Assembly: GCA_963695545.1 (NCBI GenBank)
Contig: OY968796.1
Coordinates: 1,440,001-1,504,000 of the forward strand
DNA: 64,000 nt
Origin: Terriglobia bacterium
Lineage (GTDB): Bacteria; Acidobacteriota; Terriglobia; Acidiferrales; UBA7541
Direction of reading: 5' to 3'
Part shown: one piece after another, positions 32,609-39,808 of the stretch
How positions within the stretch are numbered: the first letter of the stretch is position 1
Layout: every line of letters starts with the position of its first letter
The notes under the pieces: model-generated
Told to the model about the DNA's origin: nothing
Database searches by the model: none
The model's input: only the letters and a program-made list of their open reading frames with translations
Position numbers and translations under genes: made by a program

Positions 32609-33881
32609 GGGCCGAGGCGCGGTGAGCTTCGGCCCGCTCCGCGGCGTTTCCGGATCGCACCTCTTCGATCTGCTCAACGCGCCCGCCCGAATAGCGGTAG
32701 CGTTCGCGTGTCGCCGACTCGACGCCGCGCGCCACCAGTGCAGGCACATCCAGGCGCGCTTCGGCCTGATCGAGTTCTTCCGCGAGCGCGTGCAGCGCCG
32801 GAGTGCGCGGCAGAAACAGCGGACAGCAATCGTGAAATGGCTCCGCGGAAATTTCGTAGGTTCCGATCTTCCGCGCGATCGCCAGAATCTCCTGCTTGTC
32901 GTCTCCCGCCAAAGGACGAAACACCGGCATGCGCACCGCGTCGCCCACGGCCACCATGTTGTGCAGCGTTTGCGAGGCCACTTGTCCCAGGCTATCTCCC
33001 GCGACGATGCCTTGCGCGCGATCCGCGAGCGCCAGACGTTCCGCGATGCGCAGCATCATCCGGCGATAGAGCAGCACGCGATACGTTTCCGGCGCCTGAC
33101 CCACGATTTCGCGCTGGATCGCCTCAAACGGCACCAGATGCAGTTTCGCCGTAAATTGATACGGCACCAGGCGCCGCACCAGTTCGCGCGCCACGTGCAC
33201 CGAGCTTTCTCCCGCCCGCGCGCCGCCGCCCCAGAAATGCACGAAGCTCAAGTGCGCCCCGCGCTTCATCATTTTGTACGCGGCCACCGCGGAATCGAAA
33301 CCGCCCGAAAGCAGGCACGCCATGCGCCCCGCCGTGTTCGCCGGCAGACCGCCCGGCCCCGGAATTTTTCGCGCGTAAACCAGCGCCGGTCCCGGCGGAA
33401 TCTCGATGCGGCAGGTCAGCTCCGGATCGCGCAACTGCACGCGAACTTCATGCCCCGCTGCCCGCAGCCGGTCGAGCAAATATCGACCCACGATCGTTTC
33501 GATTTCGGTCACGCTGTGCGGGAACGATTTGTCGCTGCGCTTGGCGCGCACGGCGAAAGTCGAAAATCGCTCGGACGCAATTTCCTCCCACGCCGCGCGG
33601 CAAATATCTTCCATCGGTCGCTCGCCGCCCCGATCCACCGGCCGCGCCACGGCGTAATAAGCCACGCCGAAAACGCGCTCGAGACGCGCCCGCGCCTCAT
33701 CGAGCGATGGCCCTTCCCCCAATTCGATCACCAGCCGGTCCGCGGGCCGCGTCACGCGCACAAGCTCCAGCCCCTCGAGCGTCGAGCGCACCGCCGCAAC
33801 CAGCTTCGAGAGGAAAAATTGGCGATTTCCCCCCTTCAGCCACAGTTCGTGATAATGCGCGACGATCACTCGTTTCGTCAT
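32604..33881 (-). CDS. thiI: tRNA 4-thiouridine synthase (no rhodanese domain)
   Basis: HYHELWLKGGNRQFF, THUMP domain, PP-loop LLSGGFDS, GDSLGQVASQT, DCCPLF. Start at ATG 33881. Confidence 0.94.
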   Translation of the reverse strand: MTKRVIVAHYHELWLKGGNRQFFLSKLVAAVRSTLEGLELVRVTRPADRLVIELGEGPSLDEARARLERVFGVAYYAVARPVDRGGERPMEDICRAAWEEIASERFSTFAVRAKRSDKSFPHSVTEIETIVGRYLLDRLRAAGHEVRVQLRDPELTCRIEIPPGPALVYARKIPGPGGLPANTAGRMACLLSGGFDSAVAAYKMMKRGAHLSFVHFWGGGARAGESSVHVARELVRRLVPYQFTAKLHLVPFEAIQREIVGQAPETYRVLLYRRMMLRIAERLALADRAQGIVAGDSLGQVASQTLHNMVAVGDAVRMPVFRPLAGDDKQEILAIARKIGTYEISAEPFHDCCPLFLPRTPALHALAEELDQAEARLDVPALVARGVESATRERYRYSGGRVEQIEEVRSGNAAERAEAHRASAH

Positions 33882-33914
33882 AGGAGCAATTCCAGGAAGG
33901 TTCGTTGCCCGTAA

Positions 33915-33923
33915 AGTATAACA
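33915..33923 (-). promoter_or_regulatory. Candidate extended -10 for thiI
   Basis: Minus strand TGtTATACT about 35 nt upstream of the thiI ATG. Confidence 0.4.
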
Positions 33924-33991
33924 GCAGACGCCGCCGCGGGCTGAGATGAGCTCGTGATGCGTATTGCGAGAGCGAGATCGCGGCGGGAGGG

Positions 33992-34055
33992 GGGTACACC
34001 CCCGGGTATGTTTCGCGTAAGCGCGGCAAGCACAGGGCTTGCAGGAAAAGAGTGA
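33992..34055 (-). repeat. Dispersed ~63-bp non-coding element, copy 1
   Basis: Reverse complement aligns to 53983-54044 with 6 substitutions and 2 single-base gaps. Confidence 0.85.
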
Positions 34056-34525
34056 GAAAGAGTGCGCAAGAGATTGAGCGCAATGGGTTTGCGAGCGTTT
34101 ATTTTCAATAAGATGCGCACTCCTTTGCATTTGGTTTGGAATCATTCGTTTACGGCGACACAATTGTGCGGGTAAGCGCGGTTCGGTCGCGATCAATCGA
34201 TGATATTTTGTAGACCAGGCCGGGCGGGCGACAGGGAGGCTCCGCCGTGCGTGCGCGGACTTGACCGCCAAGATTCGCACGGTTGAGCTGGGCTCGAACG
34301 GAAAAATCTTGAGCGGGCGAGCGGTTGGGAGGTGTGGTTCGAGGCTCATGCGTGATGGTAGCACGAAGGGCAACGCAATGTCAATATTATCTATGAGTTA
34401 TAATTCGAATGCGATGGGTGTGAGGGCATAGCGGAATGATTTTGCGTGAGATTTCCAGAGTCTTGGTCCTCCGTCTTGTAACGATTGCGATACGGGCGAG
34501 ACGACCCGCGACGGGCGAAACATTG

Positions 34526-34548
34526 AGAAAACGTCCCGTCTGTCCCCG
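34526..34548 (+). repeat. 23-bp direct repeat AGAAAACGTCCCGTCTGTCCCCG, copy 1
   Basis: Identical to 34871-34893. Confidence 0.9.
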
Positions 34549-34551
34549 ATG

Positions 34552-34854
34552 ATCCTGCCAGACATGTCCGCTGGACTTGTGAGACGCGTTCCAATACGAA
34601 GCATAGCGCCCATGGGTTTGTTTCAAGGCCAACGCGAGGGCTTGGGTCTTGCGCGGAACGACCACTAAATGCATGTGGTTGGACATCAGGCAGTAGCCCA
34701 GCAGCGATAAGTCGTGGAGTTGAACGTACTGGCGTAACAGCTCCAGGTAAACCGAGCGTTCGCCATCGGAAGCGAGAAGGAGTTGCCGCGCGTTACCGCG
34801 CTGCGTTACATGGTGCGGGACATTGGCGACTACGATACGAGCCAAGCGAGCCAT
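34552..34854 (-). pseudogene. Truncated Y1 (HUH) tyrosine transposase, second RAYT/IS200-like type
   Basis: MARLARIVVANVPHHVTQRGN...YCLMSNHMHL...SGHVWQ, then stops resembling the family at the 23-bp repeat; the catalytic Tyr region is missing. Confidence 0.85.
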
Positions 34855-34870
34855 CACCCGATAAAATACC

Positions 34871-34893
34871 AGAAAACGTCCCGTCTGTCCCCG
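34871..34893 (+). repeat. 23-bp direct repeat, copy 2
   Basis: Identical to 34526-34548; followed by partial echo TCCGTCCCCGG. Confidence 0.9.
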
Positions 34894-34940
34894 GGTTCCG
34901 TCCCCGGTTTTCGCGGCCTTCCATTCGCGGTCGAGAGGAT

Positions 34941-35351
34941 TCAATCCTTTTGATTCAAGAAGCGGCCGAGATATGCATTCAGTAGTGCATTCTCGATCAG
35001 GGTGGCGAAGAAAAACTCGATTAGCCCGACCTGTCTCAACCGCAGTAGGACCACGAATCCCAGGCCGAAGTGGAGAATCGAAAACAGCACCAACGGGCCC
35101 CAGAATCTGCGCGATCTCCAAAAGGGTTCGGAGTGGCGTATCGCATTGCCGAAAACCAGGGCGCTCATGATCCCGAACCCGAGCCACTTGAGCGGCAGTC
35201 CGGACGTTCGACCCAGCCTGCCTTGGTGGACTGCGTAAACCCCGCCAACGACGACTAGTAGAATACCAATCAGGCAGTAGAGCAGCAGGTCCCGAAGCCT
35301 CCGACGGACAGTGCCTGGATGCGGATTGTTCGCAGGTGCGTTCAATGGCAC
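34941..35351 (-). CDS. Small membrane protein (about 4 TM), candidate immunity protein
   Basis: Hydrophobic segments; start overlaps the stop of the fragment at 35342-35559. Confidence 0.6.
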   Translation of the reverse strand: MPLNAPANNPHPGTVRRRLRDLLLYCLIGILLVVVGGVYAVHQGRLGRTSGLPLKWLGFGIMSALVFGNAIRHSEPFWRSRRFWGPLVLFSILHFGLGFVVLLRLRQVGLIEFFFATLIENALLNAYLGRFLNQKD

Positions 35352-35559
35352 CCTCCGCTGGTTGCCGTCTCCCCTTCCTGGATGTCTGCCTGAAACAGGG
35401 CACCGTCGATATATCCGGCGGCCGTCTCGGCCGCGCTCTCCACAGCACTTCCGTTCTTGATATTGTTGAACGGTCTAGAATTGTTAGGGGCGATGAGTCC
35501 TGTCCCCCCTTCAACGTTGGGCCTTGACGCGGCGTACTTCATCGCGTTACCAGCCCTGA
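35342..35559 (-). pseudogene. Orphan C-terminal fragment, probable polymorphic-toxin tip
   Basis: Frame VRAGNAMKYAASRPNVEGGTGLI...SGGCH* begins exactly at the element end (35560) and is coupled to a small membrane gene; identity is inferred from context only. Confidence 0.45.
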
Positions 35560-36464
35560 CGGGCGGGTGGCGCGCCCTTCCGTGAGCATGTGCATTTTCG
35601 ATCTCCACGCGCGAATGATACCATTAGCGACCTTCACCTTCGAGTAACATCGCGTGTCAGTCGGGATGCGGTTTGCGCAGCCCGGGGTGGCCCATTCTTT
35701 GTCCGCCGCGGCGGACAAAGGGTGGGGATTTCGATTTCGGGGTCGCTTCTACGGGCCCTCGTCGATCCGGACGAGTCCTTCCACGCCCTTCGCGTAATAC
35801 GACCAGCTGCTCCACGGCCAATCCTTTGGATGACCCACCAGCTTGTTCTTCACCGGATTCATGTGCATGTATTCGAGCTTCTCGATTTTTTTCTTGTGAC
35901 TCCACACGTTGAAGTCGTGAAATCTGCGCTGCCAGAATTGGCGCGGCACGAGTTCGCCTTCGACGAATGCGAACGGCAGCTGCGTTTCCGGCGCGCGCTT
36001 CTTCCTCGCGCGCAGGCGGCGCGAAACTCTTTGCTTCAGCACTTGCATCACGGTGGAAGGCGTTCCTTTCGCCGGTTCGCTGATTAGCAGGTGAACGTGG
36101 TTGGGCATCACGACGTATCCGACGAGGAGAAATCCGTAGCGGTCGCGCACTTCCCCGAGAATTTTTATGAACACGTTTCTGGCACGCGCGGAGGCAAGCA
36201 ACGGCAACCGCCGGTAGCACGTGTAGGTGAGGAAATGCAGGTCTTGATTGCCGTAGTAGCGTTTGAGATTCCAGGGCATGAAGGCGAACCCACGGACCCA
36301 CCCTTTGTCCGCCGCGGCGGACAAAGGATGGGCCACCCCGGGCTGCGCAGACCGCAGCCCGATGGACGCGCGATGTTACTCCAAGGTGAAGATCGCTAGT
36401 GGTGTCATCCTCGCGTGAGGACTAAAAAACTACAGAAGCAAACAGAGGGTGCGCCACCCGCCCG
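35560..36464. mobile_element. RAYT-like element 1: ~165-bp inverted arms (35560-35726 type A; 36297-36464 type B) around a Y1 transposase
   Basis: Arms are reverse complements over most of their length; each holds the palindrome CTTTGTCCGCCGCGGCGGACAAAG and ends in GCGGGTGGCGC. Confidence 0.85.
35749..36279 (-). CDS. REP-associated tyrosine transposase (HUH Y1), copy 1
   Basis: HFLTYTC, YVVMPNHVHLL (HUH), FWQRRFHD, YMHMNPVK (catalytic Tyr), DWPWSS. Confidence 0.92.
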   Translation of the reverse strand: MPWNLKRYYGNQDLHFLTYTCYRRLPLLASARARNVFIKILGEVRDRYGFLLVGYVVMPNHVHLLISEPAKGTPSTVMQVLKQRVSRRLRARKKRAPETQLPFAFVEGELVPRQFWQRRFHDFNVWSHKKKIEKLEYMHMNPVKNKLVGHPKDWPWSSWSYYAKGVEGLVRIDEGP

Positions 36465-36515
36465 TGCGCCGAAGTTGTCCAGATTGGATTCTGTGTCCCG
36501 TTCTTTGCCGGTATA
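36462..36515 (-). pseudogene. RHS repeat-associated core fragment (N-terminal part)
   Basis: YTGKERDTESNLDNFGAR, cut at the element end where YY...GRF..PD would normally follow. Confidence 0.8.
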
Positions 36516-36850
36516 ACGTGATCCGCCACGATTTTCCAGCAACGCTCCGTCTATCCCTAGTGCGCTCGCGGAGTTAGACCACGCACTGCCCTGATGTGGT
36601 GCTACATTTTTCCTCGCGAACCCCAGACGCGAGTTTTCGCCTACACCCTCGAAAGCATCTAAAGGAAAAAACACACACGGATCGCTGCATGACCCACGGA
36701 ACACGTGTTCTTGAGCTGCTTCCATTGGCGGGTACCCGACTCCCTCCGCACGCTCCTGGGTCAAGCAAGACGCCGCCAGCACGGTTTCACGCGGCGGTCT
36801 AACCCTCCCCTACTGTTTGTCAGGCTCCGGCTTTGGGAGCTTTCGGGCCT

Positions 36851-37381
36851 TTACGTTGGCAACGGAAAAATCACGAGCCGATATCCGGCGAAGGGAAGGG
36901 GATGGCCCCATCCTCCCCATTTGCCGACGACCTTGCCCGACACATCATGGAGAAGGCCTAACGAGTCTTCGGTGGTTCCAGCCGGGACTGTGGCAACCTC
37001 CAGTTTTCCGGTTAGGGCTGCCTGAACCTGGTACATAGGGCATGCCTCGCAAGGGCGCTCTTTCGTTCCTTTGTAGACTGCGCTTGTGTACTTTTGAAAA
37101 CGCTTGAGATTCGCGTCGGGATGCTCCTTAAAATTCGGAGATTCCTCGCCAGCTTCTCCGTACACGAGCACAACTGCATCCCGACATCCCGGAATGTTGA
37201 GCAGCATGTCGTGCGGACCATCCACAACGCTTCCTTGGAGCGTGACAGTCTGGCCATTCGTGTATGACGAAAGCGCGCAAGCAGTCTGATTACCCTGTTG
37301 TGCGACGGCGGTTGCTGAACAGAACAAGAGAAAAAATATCGGGCACGCTAGTGCAGACACGGCAGCGCGCGCAGGCTTCAC
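36851..37381 (-). CDS. Secreted Cys-containing hypothetical protein
   Basis: Signal peptide (..ATAVA|QQ), CxxC (CEAC); GTGA overlap with the upstream gene. Confidence 0.65.
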   Translation of the reverse strand: MKPARAAVSALACPIFFLLFCSATAVAQQGNQTACALSSYTNGQTVTLQGSVVDGPHDMLLNIPGCRDAVVLVYGEAGEESPNFKEHPDANLKRFQKYTSAVYKGTKERPCEACPMYQVQAALTGKLEVATVPAGTTEDSLGLLHDVSGKVVGKWGGWGHPLPFAGYRLVIFPLPT

Positions 37382-37842
37382 TTCTTTCCTGCTGGCATAT
37401 CCACTGTACCGGGCCAGCGTAGGGCTTCCACTTCAACTGCCGAGGGGAGGTTGAGTATCACGCGCGGATTATTTTGGGATGGTTCTAGGTCCGTCACAAG
37501 TTTGTAGGTGTAGGTCACGGTGAACGTGGTTGGCGTGTGGGGCGAGAACTGCCACGTTCGGAGGTTCTCCTCAGCAAAATCAGCTAAGAGCTTATGGCCG
37601 TCCTCAACTTGTATGGAGACTACGTGGTGGCCATCCGTCGTGGCCTTAAGGTGCACTACCCCTTCAACATTTGCGAGGCGTGCTGTCGGAGGGTACAGAG
37701 GCACTTGGGCCGAAGTAACCATAGGTAGGGCCACGCGCACTTGCTGTGCGCCTATCGCCAAGCTTTCCAAAAGTAGAAGACTCGCCGCCCCGACTGCTCG
37801 CCAAAGAAAATTGCCTTTCATCAGATTTGCTCCTATGCCCAT
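37378..37842 (-). CDS. Small secreted TonB C-terminal-domain-like protein, in immunity position
   Basis: Signal peptide; PLYPPTARLANVEGVVHL..G....V....GH..L....EENLRTWQF pattern; no Pro-rich linker; TGATG overlap with the RHS toxin stop. Confidence 0.7.
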   Translation of the reverse strand: MGIGANLMKGNFLWRAVGAASLLLLESLAIGAQQVRVALPMVTSAQVPLYPPTARLANVEGVVHLKATTDGHHVVSIQVEDGHKLLADFAEENLRTWQFSPHTPTTFTVTYTYKLVTDLEPSQNNPRVILNLPSAVEVEALRWPGTVDMPAGKK

Positions 37843-38582
37843 CAGTTCGGCCAGGGATTGTGTGGCGTCGTCTCTGGATGAGTCGGTTGTCCGTTTTGGT
37901 CATGGAATCTCGTAACGAAATTGGTGATGTTCTTATCCACTTGCGCCCAACTTCCGTTCCAAAGAACGTAGTTCGTTCCGTCGTAACTCCGAGAAAACGA
38001 GGTCGCTCCAAGCGCGGACGCAGCGAAGATTGAAGTCTGGTATCCGCGATATTCGGTGGAGAAAGGGCTAAGGCTTGGCAAGGATCCGAGAGTGATGTAG
38101 TCGTTGACAGCCTGTGTTAGGAAATCCTCGACGTGCGTACCCTCGTGAGCCGCGTCTATCGCATACTCGCCCTGGCTGCTTATCTTGCTCGGATCGAAAG
38201 TGATAGTAGCTCCAAGCATGCCACTTTGACTGGCGCTGAAATCGGTTTGGGCGGCTGCATCCCCGCTCAGTGCGCCAAACGTGACGTTCACTCCGTTGTT
38301 GTCGCCTTGGGTTCCTAGCGCCGTCAGTGATGCTTCGAGCCTATCTTTTGCAGCGCCGTTCTTCATCTTGTCCACTTGCTTCTGTAAGTTGGACAGCCCA
38401 TTCTTCAAGTCCTTCGCGTGCTGATTGAACTGCTTGTTGCATTTCTTGTCGTCTGAGGCGCAGTTGTTCACCAGGTCGTAGAGTCCTGTTGGATCGATGA
38501 TGTTGAGCGGATTGTTTAGCGCATAGGCGTACCGATTCCACGTTTGAGGATTGCTAGGTCGTCCGCTGTTCAGCAACGGATC
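37842..38582 (-). pseudogene. Orphan RHS core end plus C-terminal toxin domain (HExxH metallopeptidase-like)
   Basis: DPLLNSGRPSNPQTWNRYAYALNNPLNIIDPTG core end, then about 210 aa with AAHEGTH and TEYRGY; begins at the element end. Confidence 0.85.
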
Positions 38583-39483
38583 GCGGGTGGCGCACCCTTT
38601 GTCTGCGTCTGTAGTTTTCAGCCGTCACGCGCGGATGATACCACTAGCGACCTTCACTGTGGAGTAACGTCGGACGTCCGTCGGGCCGCGGTGTGTGCAG
38701 CCCGGGGTGGCCCATTCCTTGTCCGCCGCGGCGGACAAAGGGTGGGGCTTTCGATTTCCGGGGTCGCTTCTACGGACTCTCGTCGATCCGGACGAGTCCT
38801 TCCACGCCCTTCGCGTAATACGACCAGCTGCTCCACGGCCAATCCTTTGGATGACCCACCAGCTTGTTCTTCACCGGATTCATGTGCATGTATTCGAGCT
38901 TCTCGATTTTTTTCTTGTGACTCCACACGTTGAAGTCGTGAAATCTGCGCTGCCAGAATTGCCGCGGCGCGAGTTCGCCTTCGACGAATGCGAGCTGGAG
39001 TTGCGTTTGCGGCGCGCGCCTGTTCCTCGCGCGCAGGCGGCGCGAGACTCTTTGCTTCAGCACTTGCATCACGGTGGAAGGCGTCCCTTTCGCCGGTTCG
39101 CTGATTAGCAGATGAACGTGGTTGGGCATCACGACGTATCCGACGAGGAGAAACCCGTAACGGTCGCGCACTTCTTCAAGAATCTCAACGAACACGTTTC
39201 TGGCGCGCGCCGAGGCAAGCAGCGGCAAGCGCCGGTAGCAGGTGTAGGTGAGGAAATGCAGGTCTTGGTTGCCGTAGTGGCGCTTGAGATTCCAGGGCAT
39301 GACGGCAAACCCACGGACCCACCCTTTGTCCGCCGCGGCGGACAAAGGATGGGCCACCCCGGGCTGCGCAGACCGCAGCCCGACGGACGCGCGATGTTAC
39401 TCCGAGCTGAAGGTTGCCAGTGAATCCATTCCCGCGTGGAGATCGAAAATGCGCACCCTCACGGAAGGGTGTGCCACCCGTCC
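38583..39483. mobile_element. RAYT-like element 2: inverted arms (38583-38746 type B; 39318-39483 type A) around a Y1 transposase
   Basis: Same arm architecture and palindrome as element 1. Confidence 0.85.
38770..39300 (-). CDS. REP-associated tyrosine transposase (HUH Y1), copy 2
   Basis: Same motifs as copy 1; 11 differences over 176 aa by manual comparison. Confidence 0.92.
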   Translation of the reverse strand: MPWNLKRHYGNQDLHFLTYTCYRRLPLLASARARNVFVEILEEVRDRYGFLLVGYVVMPNHVHLLISEPAKGTPSTVMQVLKQRVSRRLRARNRRAPQTQLQLAFVEGELAPRQFWQRRFHDFNVWSHKKKIEKLEYMHMNPVKNKLVGHPKDWPWSSWSYYAKGVEGLVRIDESP

Positions 39484-39611
39484 TAGGATTCACATATGCG
39501 CATTGGCGGCAAAAATGGATCGAGGGCGGAATGGTATGGAAACGCGTGAGCCTAAAGCCTCCGCCAAATTGGCACCCTGGAGACCAACTGCGGCATGTGC
39601 TGCCCGCATGA
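39480..39611 (+). pseudogene. C-terminal gene fragment cut by element 2
   Basis: VLGFTYAHWRQKWIEGGMVWKRVSLKPPPNWHPGDQLRHVLPA* starts at the arm end; resembles from memory the tail of small CPCC-like proteins found beside toxins. Confidence 0.4.
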
Positions 39612-39808
39612 TTCACCCTTCGGAGCCGGGCGGTGACGATTTTGAAACAGGATCGAAACAACGGCGAGTTCACCGTAGACGCCCACCACCTTTGGGCGTA
39701 TACGACAATCTCTGACGTGGACCGTGGCTTTGTGTGACCTTTCGAGGGGCTAGAGCATCTGAGATACTTCAGGCGCTCCGGTCAAGCGAGCAGACGGGAG
39801 TTGTTGAT

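Noticed and set aside
33882..34373. 164-aa N-terminal extension of ThiI in the ORF track
   Set aside because: It runs through a promoter-like site and the dispersed repeat; family similarity starts at MTKRVIVAHY.
34387..35514. 375-aa ORF as one gene
   Set aside because: It is a chance fusion of an alternate frame of the membrane gene, the 23-bp repeats and the transposase fragment.
36797..36826. Possible integron attC (minus strand GCCTGAC...GTTAGAC) after the 176-aa gene
   Set aside because: The core sites are only about 15 bp apart with no pairing arms, and no integron integrase is in the window.
35749..39300. IS605/IS200 element with TnpB or IscB
   Set aside because: No RuvC/Zn-finger ORF is adjacent; the motifs (NPVK, WPWSS) and flanking palindromes fit RAYT-like transposases.
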